Part shown: piece by piece, positions 28,912-39,248 of the stretch
Numbering within the stretch: position 1 is the first letter of the stretch
How the letters are laid out: every line of letters begins with the position of its first letter
Origin: Phycisphaerales bacterium
GTDB lineage: Bacteria; Planctomycetota; Phycisphaerae; Phycisphaerales; SM1A02
Direction of reading: 5' to 3'
Assembly: GCA_029245245.1 (NCBI GenBank)
Contig: JAQWPT010000038.1
Span: 33,052-97,051 of the forward strand
DNA: 64,000 nucleotides
The notes under the pieces: generated by a model
What the model was told of the DNA's origin: nothing
Seen by the model: only the letters and a program-made list of their open reading frames with translations
Database searches by the model: none
Program-made: the position numbers and the translations under genes

Positions 28912-31887
28912 ATGCAGGGCTCACCAGAACCATCCATACCGCAACGACCGACCGACCCCACTCTCGTGATCGATCAGGTCACCGAGAGCCTCCGGGCAAC
29001 CTCTGAGGACGTCGTACCGTGGTTCATCGAGCAGATGCCCCTGATGTACTTCCAGGACACCAACCCGGAGGACCAGCTGGTCCACCTCCGAGCCATCATC
29101 GCGGCTCGGGCCTCCGGACGACCCATTGAAATGACCCTCCGCAGCGAGGACGGCTCGGAATGGACCTCGATGCGGCCATTGGACTACCCAGGAGTCCTGG
29201 CAGAACTGGTCTCGGAACTTCCCGAGGATCAGCCACTGCGGGCGGCGAAAATCCATACCGCAAGCGACGGGACCCTCCTCATCGACACCTTCGAGTTCGG
29301 CGAGACACCTCCCTTCGACAGTGAGGACACCGCCCAACGCGAAAAACTCACCGGCACCGTGGACTACGCGGCCACCCACCTGCCCGAGTGGGATGCCGAG
29401 GAGGTTCGCGATTACTTCCACCGATGCAGCAGTGACTACGTGATGACCCTCACACCCCTGCGGATGTGCAGTCACTGGCGACTCTTTCAGGAAGTCACCG
29501 GTACGGATGGCACCGCCGTCGCGTTGGAGAAGGAAACCGCGGATGTGAATCTCAGCCGCATCGTGGTGGCCGTCAGCAATGCAAGCCGGCGTTCCATGCT
29601 CGAACGCATTGCACGACTGCTCAGCCGGGCGTCGATCAACATCCATCGCGCCTACCTCGACACGGTGGATGACGGTGACAACGGCTCCATCTCCATTCTC
29701 GGATTCGTCGTGCAGGCTCAGGATGGGCACGCCATCGACCCCGGAGGCGACCTGTGGAATCGAGTCCGCCGCGACCTCTTGCGCATCAAGTGGGTGGATG
29801 CCGGCGCCATCGATCTCGATCGCCGGCACCCCGAACTCAACCTCACCTGCGCGGAACTCGTGATCGCGTTGTGCAGCCTGTCCCACCAGGTCCTCGTGAA
29901 GCAGAACCCCTATGCCTTCGCGGTTGATCGGATCCGGCGGCTGGCCGAAAGCAACATCGAACTGGCCACCGCGATCACCGACCTGATGCTGCAGCGGTTC
30001 AACCCCGCCGACCCCATGCCCGACAACGAGTTCTGGACCGCCGTGCGGCGCATGCAGCGTCGAATCGTGGACGAAACCGATCTCGAGGATGCCAGGACCG
30101 TGCTGCACTGCATGCTCGACGCGGTGGCGGCCACCTACAAGACGAACCTGTACATCGAGGACCGCTACGCCCTGTCGATGCGCATCGATCCGCAGTTCAT
30201 GCACAGCGACCAGCGACCAGCCGTCCCCTTCGGCGTGTTCTACGTCCATGGCCGCGGCTTCAACGGCTTCCACGTCCGCTTCCGGGACATCGCCCGTGGC
30301 GGGGTCCGGGTGGTCGTCACGCGTGGACTGGCCCAGTTCAACACGGAAACCGAACGACTCTACGACGAGGCCTACGGCCTGGCGTTCGCCCAGCAGCTCA
30401 AGAACAAGGACATTCCCGAGGGTGGTTCCAAGGCCGCGGTCCTGCTGCACCCCCGCAGTCCCGTCAACCGATCCACCAAGGCCTTCATCGACTCGATCCT
30501 GGATCTCATCACTCCCGACCCCGCGACGCAGCATCGCATCGTGGATCGACTCGGCCACGAGGAACTCCTCTACTTCGGCCCCGATGAGAACGTCACCCCG
30601 AAACTCATCGACTGGATCGTCGACCGGGCCGAGTACCGCGGCTACCGGATGCCGACGGCCCTGATGAGTTCAAAGCCCGGGGCCGGCATCAACCACAAGG
30701 AATACGGTGTCACCAGCGAGGGCGTCTGCGTCTTCCTCGACGTGGGCCTCAGGGCGATCGGCATCGACCCCGACTCCGAGTCGTTCAGCGTGAAGATGAC
30801 CGGTGGTCCCGACGGCGACGTCGGCGGCAACGCAATCCGGATCCTCGTCCGAACCTATGGCGACCGCGTTCGATTCGTCGGCATCGCTGACGGCAGCGGT
30901 TGCGCCGAGTGCCCTGAGGGCCTCGACCACACGGAACTGCTTCGACTGATGGAGGGCTCCCGACCCATCGTCGAATTCGACCCCACTCGCCTCGGCTCCG
31001 GCGGCAACGTCTCGGGCGTCGACGATCCCGAGGGTGTCCGACTGCGAAACACGATGCACAACCGGATCGTCGCCGACGCCTTCGTTCCCTGTGGAGGACG
31101 CCCAAGCACGATCCACGCCGGAAACTGGAGCGAGTTCCTGCTCGAGGACGAGCGACCCAGCAGCCGGCTGATCGTCGAGGGAGCCAACCTGTTCCTCACT
31201 CCGGAAGCCCGCGTCGCCCTCGGCGAAGCCGGAACCCTGATCTTCAAGGACAGTTCGGCCAACAAGTGCGGCGTGATCTGCTCGAGCTTCGAAATCGTCG
31301 CCAGCATGCTCCTCTCCACCGACGAGTTCCTCCAGATCAAGCCGCTCTTCGTCGAAGAGGTGCTGCACAAACTGCGTCACCTGGCCCGGCTCGAAGCGGA
31401 ACTGCTCGTGGGCACCTGGCGGAAGCAGAAGACCCGATCCATGACATCGTTGTGCCTGCGTGTCAGCGAGGTGATGATTCGAACCGCCGATGCGATCGAG
31501 TCGGCCATTGACGACCTGGGACCGGCCGACTGGGATCGACTGACCCAGGTGGTGATCGACCACCTGCCCCCGATCCTGGTGCACACGGCGGGCGATCGAT
31601 TGCTGAATGAAACACCCCGGCCATACCTCCGCTGGATCATGGCCAAGTCGTTGGCCGCCCGCATGGTCTACCGGGAGGGATGTGCGTCACTGGAAGCGGT
31701 CTCGGAAGATGTCATCGCACCACTGGCCCTCAGGTACCTCCAGCTCGAGGAGGAACGACGACAACTCGCCGACGAGGTCGAATCCTCCGACATCGATCAC
31801 CGCGGACGGGTCGGTAGCCTGCTTCGCAACACCGGCATCTTCACGACGATGCACCGGTCGACGGACCCGAACGAGCCGAACACGTGA
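28912..31887 (+). CDS. large NAD-specific glutamate dehydrogenase (about 110 kDa class)
   Basis: 991 aa. Core ...FHVRFRDIARGGVRVV...LKNKDIPEGGSKAAVLL...GPDENV...GINHKEYGVTSEG...MTGGPDGDVGGN is typical of the GdhB-like large GDH family. Confidence 0.8.
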   Translation: MQGSPEPSIPQRPTDPTLVIDQVTESLRATSEDVVPWFIEQMPLMYFQDTNPEDQLVHLRAIIAARASGRPIEMTLRSEDGSEWTSMRPLDYPGVLAELVSELPEDQPLRAAKIHTASDGTLLIDTFEFGETPPFDSEDTAQREKLTGTVDYAATHLPEWDAEEVRDYFHRCSSDYVMTLTPLRMCSHWRLFQEVTGTDGTAVALEKETADVNLSRIVVAVSNASRRSMLERIARLLSRASINIHRAYLDTVDDGDNGSISILGFVVQAQDGHAIDPGGDLWNRVRRDLLRIKWVDAGAIDLDRRHPELNLTCAELVIALCSLSHQVLVKQNPYAFAVDRIRRLAESNIELATAITDLMLQRFNPADPMPDNEFWTAVRRMQRRIVDETDLEDARTVLHCMLDAVAATYKTNLYIEDRYALSMRIDPQFMHSDQRPAVPFGVFYVHGRGFNGFHVRFRDIARGGVRVVVTRGLAQFNTETERLYDEAYGLAFAQQLKNKDIPEGGSKAAVLLHPRSPVNRSTKAFIDSILDLITPDPATQHRIVDRLGHEELLYFGPDENVTPKLIDWIVDRAEYRGYRMPTALMSSKPGAGINHKEYGVTSEGVCVFLDVGLRAIGIDPDSESFSVKMTGGPDGDVGGNAIRILVRTYGDRVRFVGIADGSGCAECPEGLDHTELLRLMEGSRPIVEFDPTRLGSGGNVSGVDDPEGVRLRNTMHNRIVADAFVPCGGRPSTIHAGNWSEFLLEDERPSSRLIVEGANLFLTPEARVALGEAGTLIFKDSSANKCGVICSSFEIVASMLLSTDEFLQIKPLFVEEVLHKLRHLARLEAELLVGTWRKQKTRSMTSLCLRVSEVMIRTADAIESAIDDLGPADWDRLTQVVIDHLPPILVHTAGDRLLNETPRPYLRWIMAKSLAARMVYREGCASLEAVSEDVIAPLALRYLQLEEERRQLADEVESSDIDHRGRVGSLLRNTGIFTTMHRSTDPNEPNT

Positions 31888-33278
31888 CCCTGCACCTGCT
31901 GGCCCTTGTCGCGTTGTCATGGCTGGAGATCGGCAGCCCCGCCACCGGTGTGACCCCAGCATCGGAAACCCGCCCCCGGGTCATCGTCTTCGTGAACCGC
32001 TCCCGGGAGATCCCCGCGTACGTGGAATACGAGGACAGCTCCCTCCTGCTTGTCGATCCGCACAACGGACCGGCGGACTGCTTCCACAAGGACGAAATCA
32101 TCGGGATCGCGAGATTGGTCGACCTGGAGGAACCGGCCGATGGCATGGTGATCCTCCGTGACGAAACCCGCCACCGTGGACTTGTCGTCCATGACGGGTT
32201 CGATGAGGTCCGGCTGCTGATCAACGGAGTGCCACTCGTACTGCCCCGACACCGGGTGAGCCACGTGGTACTCGAAGCCCCCATCGACGAGCAGTACCTG
32301 GAGTACCGCCTGCGCATCGACCCGGGCGACCTCCACGCCCACCTGAACCTCTGCCGCTGGCTCATCGACAAACAGGCCTATGACCTGGCCCGCAAGGAAC
32401 TCAATCAGGCGTGGAACGTGCACCAGGACCCCGAGGCGGCCCGACTGCTCCGGATGGTCGATGCTCAGATTCGGCTCCTGGAGAAACACCAGTCCGCACC
32501 CGACATGCCGGCGGATGCGCCGGACGTGGGGCGCAGCAACGAGCCGACGCTGCTGACGGATCGAGAGGTCAACCTCGTAAAGGTCTACGAGATCGACCTG
32601 AACGATCCCCCGAAGGTACTCGTGCCCCGCAACGCGATCTACGAACTCTTCAGCCACTATGGATCCAGCGGGTTGATCCCCGACACCGAACTTGAACAGG
32701 CGAAGCTTGCCGCGTCCCCTTCGATCGACATCGTCCGGCTCATGTTCCGACTCCGAGCCCGTGACCTCTACGACCGGATCGAGGTGCTCTCGGAACCCAG
32801 GGCCCTGCAACTGTTCCGCGAGCGCGTGCACGACACCTGGCTGATGAACAACTGCGGCACGACCCGCTGCCATGGCGGCAGCGAGTCCGGACGGCTCCCG
32901 CTGGTGCGAACTCGATCAACCCATGATCGCACCCGCTACACCAACCTCCTGACCCTCGATCGCTTTCGCTTCGATGACGGAACTCCATTGATCGACTGGG
33001 ACGAACCGGACCAGTCACGGCTCATCCAGTACGGCCTCGCCCGGGACCAGACCAAGACTCCTCATCCTGATGTCCCGGGGTGGACCCCCGTCTTCGGTGG
33101 AAGCCGCCGTCCACTGGCCAGGGGGACGGAGGCATGGATCGAAGCCATGATGAACACCCCACGGCCCGTGTATCCCGTGGGTACGCAATTCGCCCCGGCA
33201 CCGGATGGCGAGACGCCAGCTGCCACAGCCGAACCCGCCACGGAAGAACCGACCTCCGAGCCGCCCCCACGCCCCTGA
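31884..33278 (+). CDS. hypothetical secreted protein with TPR-like segment and a CX4CH motif
   Basis: GTG start overlaps the GDH stop (GTGA). N-terminal hydrophobic segment. NNCGTTRCHGG resembles a degenerate planctomycete cytochrome-c motif. Pro/Glu-rich tail. Confidence 0.55.
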   Translation: MTLHLLALVALSWLEIGSPATGVTPASETRPRVIVFVNRSREIPAYVEYEDSSLLLVDPHNGPADCFHKDEIIGIARLVDLEEPADGMVILRDETRHRGLVVHDGFDEVRLLINGVPLVLPRHRVSHVVLEAPIDEQYLEYRLRIDPGDLHAHLNLCRWLIDKQAYDLARKELNQAWNVHQDPEAARLLRMVDAQIRLLEKHQSAPDMPADAPDVGRSNEPTLLTDREVNLVKVYEIDLNDPPKVLVPRNAIYELFSHYGSSGLIPDTELEQAKLAASPSIDIVRLMFRLRARDLYDRIEVLSEPRALQLFRERVHDTWLMNNCGTTRCHGGSESGRLPLVRTRSTHDRTRYTNLLTLDRFRFDDGTPLIDWDEPDQSRLIQYGLARDQTKTPHPDVPGWTPVFGGSRRPLARGTEAWIEAMMNTPRPVYPVGTQFAPAPDGETPAATAEPATEEPTSEPPPRP

Positions 33279-33381
33279 CCGCGATCAGGCCCCTTCCCCT
33301 GCTACACTGGCGTGCTCACAGTTCCCCTCCCGGGATGTCCTCCGCGGCGATCTTCGCCCTGTCCCTCCTCGAGGTACGACC

Positions 33382-35340
33382 ATGTCAACCGATTGCTCCA
33401 CGATTCGACGAATCTGCTCCCTGGCCATGCTGCTGGGCGTGACGGCCGTAGCCGGGTGCGAGCACGAGTCGTCCCGTGAACGGGCCGAAGTCTCCAAGCA
33501 GCTTCGTGAGGCACAGCAGCAGTTGACAATGTCGTTGAACGACGAGTCGAAACTGCAGAAGACGATCAGGTCCCTGCGTGGAATCAACGGCGGAACGAAG
33601 CAGCAGCAGGCCAGTCGCGACCTGATGCTGGCTTCCACCGAGCTGGATATCGCCGGCATCAAGACCAATGCCATGCAGCAGTTGGAAACAAGAATGCGAC
33701 ACGAGTTGTCGTACATCAACATTCTCGTGAGCAACGCCAACGCGTTGCAGCAGTTCATCGATCAGAGACAGATTTCACCCCGTGATCTCGGGACGGACCA
33801 GCTTCAGCAGAATCGCCAGGCCCTGGGGACCCAGTTGCAGAACCTCGACCGACAGGTCGATCGAATGCAGGAGCCCATCAGCGAGATGGAGCAGGTCAAC
33901 GCCGAACAGGCCATGCGGATCCGCGACCTGCGCCGAGCCGCCGAAGCCCTCCGCCAGGAACAGTACGAACTGGGCCCCCTCGACGGGTTCGCCGTGTTCC
34001 AACGCTCCATCGCAGCCGACCGGGAAGCGAATGCCATCGAACTGGAAATGACCAATCGGCAGGTCGTCCTCGACCTTGAATCCAAGCCGATTCAAATGAA
34101 GACCATGCAGGTCCGGGACCACATCAAGGGACACATCGACGAAGTCGAAGCCACCCACGACGGACTCCAGGCCATGGCAAGCCTGCAGGCTTCACGATCC
34201 GAGGCCGCCCGCGGGCTCCAGCAGCGGACCGACGCCTCCATCAACGATGCCTACAAGGCCTTTTCCGAGCAGGACACCGGACCACTGACTGCCGACATCC
34301 AGGCCATTTCCACCCTCCTTGAATCCGCCGCCAAACATGCTCGCAGCGGAGGACGCAACGTCACCAAGGACGCCAGGAATGCCGCGATCCTCCTGGAGAC
34401 TCGAGCCCAGATGGACCTGCTGCTGCTGCAATCGCATCGCGTACGCAGCCTGCAGGAACGAGTTGAAATGCTGAACCGCATGGCGGCCAGTTCCTTCCTG
34501 AGCAACCGGGACGCCTACGAACTGCAGGGCCGAAAGGCCAGGGAAACCTCCGAACAGTACCGGACCATGGCCATTGCAACCGGTCAGTCCATCGAGCAGA
34601 CACTTCGAGGTGTCCGCGGTGGCGAGGTCGACTCGATCCGCACCGCCGTGCAGCAGATCACCGTGGGCCTGGGCGCCGAACCGCCCGCTGCCCCGGCCGC
34701 AGCACCCGCACCAACTGCCCCCGCCGCCCCGGCGACGCCGGCGCCAGCTCCGGCAGCAGCGGCCGATGCGACGCCTTCCGGCGAAGGCGCTGCGACGCCC
34801 CAGGACCTCGTGGCCAGCATCAACGGCATCGTCAAGTCCAGCAGCCCGATGAAAACCAAGATCCAGGAACTCATGCGGTACACGGACCTCTCGAGCCCGG
34901 AGGCCAAGCAGGCCATGCAGGCCCAGATGCGGCTGCTCGCCGCCGTCAACAAACTCGGAGATGCGATGGAGTCCAAGTTCGGATCGAAGCAGAGTCCGAT
35001 GATGAACATGCTCACCATGCAGATGCAGTTGCCGACCATCGATCCCTCCCTCGTGCAGCAGACATCCGAGACGACGGCGAAGGTTCCTGTCACCAACGCC
35101 ATGTCACAGACCGATGACGAGTACATGATCAAGACAGATCTCGGCTGGCAGATCGACATCGCGAAGAAGCTCAAGAGCAGCCCGCAGATGCAGCAGGGCA
35201 TGGCGATGCTCCCCACGGTCATCAAGGCGATGAACACTGTCACCAAGAAGGTGCTCGACGGATCCATCACCAACGGAATGGGCGTGGACATGGCGCTTGG
35301 CCAGGCCATGGCTCCCGGTGGCGCCCCGGGACGTCCCTGA
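33382..35340 (+). CDS. hypothetical coiled-coil lipoprotein
   Basis: ORF 33205..35340 trimmed to ATG 33382: MSTDCSTIRRICSLAMLLGVTAVAGC (lipobox). A long Q/L/R-rich helical region, an (A/P)n linker, and a Met/Gln-rich C-terminal domain. Confidence 0.6.
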   Translation: MSTDCSTIRRICSLAMLLGVTAVAGCEHESSRERAEVSKQLREAQQQLTMSLNDESKLQKTIRSLRGINGGTKQQQASRDLMLASTELDIAGIKTNAMQQLETRMRHELSYINILVSNANALQQFIDQRQISPRDLGTDQLQQNRQALGTQLQNLDRQVDRMQEPISEMEQVNAEQAMRIRDLRRAAEALRQEQYELGPLDGFAVFQRSIAADREANAIELEMTNRQVVLDLESKPIQMKTMQVRDHIKGHIDEVEATHDGLQAMASLQASRSEAARGLQQRTDASINDAYKAFSEQDTGPLTADIQAISTLLESAAKHARSGGRNVTKDARNAAILLETRAQMDLLLLQSHRVRSLQERVEMLNRMAASSFLSNRDAYELQGRKARETSEQYRTMAIATGQSIEQTLRGVRGGEVDSIRTAVQQITVGLGAEPPAAPAAAPAPTAPAAPATPAPAPAAAADATPSGEGAATPQDLVASINGIVKSSSPMKTKIQELMRYTDLSSPEAKQAMQAQMRLLAAVNKLGDAMESKFGSKQSPMMNMLTMQMQLPTIDPSLVQQTSETTAKVPVTNAMSQTDDEYMIKTDLGWQIDIAKKLKSSPQMQQGMAMLPTVIKAMNTVTKKVLDGSITNGMGVDMALGQAMAPGGAPGRP

Positions 35341-35343
35341 ACT

Positions 35344-36435
35344 TCAATCGATTTCCAGCGTCACCAGGACCGAGCGGGCCGTGTCACGGACCATCGACGG
35401 TATCTCGTCGCCCGAGAGGGCTCGAATCGCACCAAGCAGGTCCGGATCCTCGTGATCCCGCAGAAAGTTGCCGGCGGCGATCAGCGCGTTGCGCAGCATC
35501 ATGGCCAGTTTCGCCCGCTTCATGGACGACCCGGCGAACGCCGCGCGGCGGGTGTCCTCGTCCCACGTGAGCACCGACTGCAGTCGGAACGCCGAACCGT
35601 CGTCGGACCGACCCCCGATCCCGGGCGCCACGGGAGCCGCGTGCGACTCGTGCCGCAGCAGGTCACGGGTTCGAGCCGTGGGCTCGTTGTGCGGACAGGC
35701 TTCCTGGCAGATGTCACACCCGAAGATCCAGTCCCCCATCGCGGCATGGAACGACTCGTCGATTGGTTCCCGGTGCTCGATCGTCAAGGCGCTGATGCAA
35801 CGGCGTGCATCGACGGACCAGGGCGTGATCGCATCGGTCGGACAGGCGTCGATGCATCGCGTGCAGGTCCCGCAGGGATCCTCCTCATCAACCGGCCCGG
35901 TGGCATCCAGTTCAAGCGTGGTCACGATCGCCCCGATCAGCAGCCAACTCCCGAGCCCCGGTTCGATCAACAACGTGTGCTTGCCGATGCTGCCGAGGCC
36001 GGCTCGTGCCGCCACCTCCCGTTCCAGCAGCGGCGCCGTATCCACGCAGGCCCGGAAGACGTGCTCCGGGGCCCGCTCCCGCAACTGGTCGCAGACGGCA
36101 TGGAGTCGTGATTTCATCACCACGTGGTAATCCCGCCCGCGGGCGTAGCGGGCGATGCGTCCCCAGCCACCCTCGATCACGTCCGGTGTTCCATCCGCAT
36201 ACCGATCAAGTACGCAGATGATCGAACGGGCTCCATCCACGAGCTGACCGGGATCGGCACGCACCGGAAGGTGCTCAGCCATCCAGCCCATGGTGCCGTG
36301 GTGACCATCGCGAATCCAGGCTTCGAGTTCCTTGCGGCGGACCGTGGGGTCCGCCGGCGCCACCGCGGCGCGGGCAAATCCCTGCTCAAGGCAGAGCGAA
36401 CGCACTTCGTCAGTGGTCCATTGTGAACAGGACAT
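35344..36435 (-). CDS. queG: tRNA epoxyqueuosine(34) reductase
   Basis: Trimmed to ATG 36435. 4Fe-4S motifs CGTCTRCIDACPTDAI and CDICQEACPHN. N-terminal QueG-type domain and C-terminal HEAT-like helices. Confidence 0.85.
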   Translation of the reverse strand: MSCSQWTTDEVRSLCLEQGFARAAVAPADPTVRRKELEAWIRDGHHGTMGWMAEHLPVRADPGQLVDGARSIICVLDRYADGTPDVIEGGWGRIARYARGRDYHVVMKSRLHAVCDQLRERAPEHVFRACVDTAPLLEREVAARAGLGSIGKHTLLIEPGLGSWLLIGAIVTTLELDATGPVDEEDPCGTCTRCIDACPTDAITPWSVDARRCISALTIEHREPIDESFHAAMGDWIFGCDICQEACPHNEPTARTRDLLRHESHAAPVAPGIGGRSDDGSAFRLQSVLTWDEDTRRAAFAGSSMKRAKLAMMLRNALIAAGNFLRDHEDPDLLGAIRALSGDEIPSMVRDTARSVLVTLEID

Positions 36436-36442
36436 CGGAACC

Positions 36443-38704
36443 TCAGATGGGGATGTCGATCCCCTCCCAGGGGTGCTCATCGGGATCGACGAGTTCGAGT
36501 TTCGCATGGGCCACCAGCAGGGTGCGATGTCCATACTCCAGGAATTCGATGGTCGCCGTGGTGCCACGCGGACGGGGCACGACACGGCGGATCATTCCCA
36601 GGCCGAAGGTGGCATGACGGACCGTTGCCCCGACCTGCCAGTTTTCCAGTGGGATGGTCGACGCGGTTCCGGTGCTCCAGGGATCGGCGATGTCCTGTCG
36701 ATCCATCGTCTCGGCCGGCAGTTCACCCAGGAACTGGCTGGGCATGGTGCGTTCGGTGATACCGCGAACCGTGCGACGATTGGCGTAGGACAACCGAAGC
36801 AGGCGGCGAGCCCGGGTCATGCCCACGTAGCAGAGACGCCGTTCCTCCTCACGTTCCACGTCGTCCTCGAAGGACCGGGCATGCGGCAACAGTCCCTGCT
36901 CGAGACCCGCGATGGCCACGACATCGAACTCGAGTCCCTTGGCCGCGTGCAGTGTCATCAAGGTCACCGAACCATTCTCCGGATCCACCATGTCGGCATC
37001 GCTGACCAGGGCGATGGATTCCAGCCAGGCGGCGATCTGCTGGAGAATGGTCATCGACTCGCCCTTGGCCTCGGCTTCGGCCTCCTCCCTGGGAGGAGTC
37101 CATTCCGCCGCCGCGGTGACCAGTTCGTCCAGGTTCTCCAGCCGGGCGATGTCCTCCTCGGAGGAACCGTTGCGGAAGGCCTTCTCCAGGCCGGACTCAC
37201 GGATGATCCGGGAGACGAAGTCCGGCAGATCGAGGATCAAACTGCCCCCATCGGCATCGGCTCGCCAGCGGGCAACCATCTCCCCGAACCGTTTCATCGC
37301 AGCCTGGGCGCGGGCGGTCAGGGCCGGAACCTCGTCGACACGGTCGATCGCATCACCGAGCCCGAGTTGATGGAGAATCGCGTGCTTCTCGAGCCGATCC
37401 AGCGAGGTCTTGCCGATGCCGCGAGGCGGCGTGTTGATCACCCGGCGCAGGGCAATGTCATCCCGCGGGTTGACCACCAGCCGGAGGTACGACAACGCAT
37501 CCTTGATTTCCGCCCGCTCGTAGAACGCGGTACCACGTGCCACGACGTAGGGAACCTGTGCATCGCGGAATGCCTGTTCGAGGACGCGACTCAAGGCATT
37601 GATTCGGTAGAGCACCGCCATTTCCCGCCACGGGGTGCCCTCGATGAATCGCTGGCGGAAGTCGGCGACGATGTCCCTGGCTTCATCGTGCTCCTCGACC
37701 GCACCGGCGACGACGATCTGGTCCCCCGCACCGAGTTCGGTATGGAGCGTACGTTCCCGGTGAGACTCGTTGCGCTGGATCAACCCCGCCGAGGCATCGA
37801 CGATGTGCCCAGTACTCCGGAAGTTCCGCCCCAGCGACACCACCCGAGCCGACTGGAACTGGTGCTCGAAGTCCAGGATGTTGCTGATGTCGGCTCCTCG
37901 CCAGCCGTAGATCGACTGGTCCGGGTCACCCACCACGCAGATGTTCCGCTGGGGGCCCACCAGGGCCGATGCGATCATGAATTGGGCCTGGTTCGTGTCC
38001 TGGTATTCGTCGATCATCAGGTACTGGAACCGCTCCTGGAGGGCCGTACGGACCGCCTGGTCATCACGAAGCAGCAACGCGACCTTCAGCAGCAGGTCGT
38101 CGAAATCCAGGGCGTCGTTGCGGGTGAGAATCGCCTGGTATTCACGGTAGACCCGGCCGATGCTTCGGGTGTAGAAGTCACCGGCGTGCGATTCATGCTG
38201 CTCGGCAGTCGTCAACTTGTTCTTGCAGTTGCTGATGGCTTCGCCAACCGAGGCAGGCGTCCAATTACCGGAATCAAGTCCGGCATTGCGCACCGCAATC
38301 TTCAACGCAGCTCGTCGGTCCGTGCTGTCGTAGATCGTGAAACTCGGTGCGACCCGCGCTTCCTCCGAGTACTGGCGCAGCAAGCGTGCGCAGAATCCGT
38401 GGAACGTCATGATGGTGAGGCCACGTCGATCCTGCGCCACGTCCGGCAGCAGCGCCTCGACGCGATTGCGCATTTCTCCGGCGGCCTTGTTCGTGAACGT
38501 CAACGCAAGCAGCTGCCATGGCGGCACGCCCTGCGCAAGCAACCATGCGATGCGCCGCGTCACCACCGTTGTCTTGCCGGAACCAGGACCGGCAAGCACG
38601 AGCAACGGACCGGTTGTCGTGGTCACCGCTTCGACCTGCGCCTCGGTCAGATCATGCATGAGTTCGTGCGTCGATTCGTCCATCAGGTCAATCGTATTCG
38701 TCAT
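36443..38704 (-). CDS. UvrD/PcrA/Rep-family ATP-dependent DNA helicase
   Basis: Trimmed to ATG 38704. SF1 motifs GPGSGKTTV, TFHGFC, DEYQDTN, VGDPDQSIYGWRGA, LGRNFRS, TLHAAKGLEFD and YVGMTRAR, plus a C-terminal UvrD_C_2-like tail. Confidence 0.9.
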   Translation of the reverse strand: MTNTIDLMDESTHELMHDLTEAQVEAVTTTTGPLLVLAGPGSGKTTVVTRRIAWLLAQGVPPWQLLALTFTNKAAGEMRNRVEALLPDVAQDRRGLTIMTFHGFCARLLRQYSEEARVAPSFTIYDSTDRRAALKIAVRNAGLDSGNWTPASVGEAISNCKNKLTTAEQHESHAGDFYTRSIGRVYREYQAILTRNDALDFDDLLLKVALLLRDDQAVRTALQERFQYLMIDEYQDTNQAQFMIASALVGPQRNICVVGDPDQSIYGWRGADISNILDFEHQFQSARVVSLGRNFRSTGHIVDASAGLIQRNESHRERTLHTELGAGDQIVVAGAVEEHDEARDIVADFRQRFIEGTPWREMAVLYRINALSRVLEQAFRDAQVPYVVARGTAFYERAEIKDALSYLRLVVNPRDDIALRRVINTPPRGIGKTSLDRLEKHAILHQLGLGDAIDRVDEVPALTARAQAAMKRFGEMVARWRADADGGSLILDLPDFVSRIIRESGLEKAFRNGSSEEDIARLENLDELVTAAAEWTPPREEAEAEAKGESMTILQQIAAWLESIALVSDADMVDPENGSVTLMTLHAAKGLEFDVVAIAGLEQGLLPHARSFEDDVEREEERRLCYVGMTRARRLLRLSYANRRTVRGITERTMPSQFLGELPAETMDRQDIADPWSTGTASTIPLENWQVGATVRHATFGLGMIRRVVPRPRGTTATIEFLEYGHRTLLVAHAKLELVDPDEHPWEGIDIPI

Positions 38705-39248
38705 TGCGTGTTCAACCATCCACCACACCGCGTTTCCGGGCAACCATTGCACATCCCCGAGCCATCCACCGCTTCTGACAAGGTGTCCACCAGTCGCCCC
38801 TAGGGGCCCCCAGAGCGGCTTATCTCCGTAAGAGGTTTCCAGAAATGAACTTATAGATTTCCAAACAAAAACTCAAGATAGTGTGGGTGCCTTTGTTGCA
38901 GACACCACATGTAGTAGTACGATAGCACCCCTGAGGACCCGATAAAGGCCGATTTTGCCTGCCCGGGTGCTTGGAAAGGCCTCTCCGACGGCCTTCAGAC
39001 AAGCCGTATTTGGCTTGAAAACAAGGGTCTGGCGTCCCCCTCCAGATTCTTTGGACCGTTGGAAGGCCCTCGCGAACCCCAGGACATCCTGGGACATCGG
39101 GAGGTATTGGGGAGGGGGATTTGAGGGTGGTTGGGTAAGTCCCGTCCACGGGGAAGAAATGAACTCGGGGTCCCATGGAGGGGAGCCCGTCGAATCGGAA
39201 ACCGGGTTGAACCCGCCGACCGATTCACAGACTGGAGATGGATCCGCC

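Noticed and set aside
36332-38803. 823-aa plus-strand ORF, together with many similar long ORFs: 325..1704(-), 1259..2539(-), 2846..4156(+), 4017..5255(+), 5053..6276(-), 8882..9817(+), 11128..12744(-), 20632..22560(+), 21761..23416(-), 23541..24629(+), 26636..28108(+), 28921..30558(-), 42030..43283(-), 47323..48687(+), 59821..60873(+), 60937..61968(+)
   Set aside because: Each lies antisense to or out of frame with a gene that has clear family motifs. Their translations are Arg/Gly/Pro/His-rich with no motifs, which is the usual stop-codon-poor shadow-ORF artefact of high-GC DNA.
38866-38916. Possible tandem NrdR boxes upstream of dcd-nrdJ
   Set aside because: The two best candidates match only about 11 of 16 positions of the remembered consensus and are not palindromic. 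Their spacing of about 35 bp does not fit the usual roughly 31-32 bp. I cannot support the call without a matrix scan.
38753-39248. RNase P RNA, tmRNA, SRP RNA or 6S RNA in the long intergenic region
   Set aside because: I looked on both strands for GAGGAAAGUCCGG, GGUAAGAGC, the tmRNA 3' tRNA-like end and the SRP GGAAG/AGCAG core, and none was found. The superficial similarity of gggtaagtcccgtcc is insufficient.
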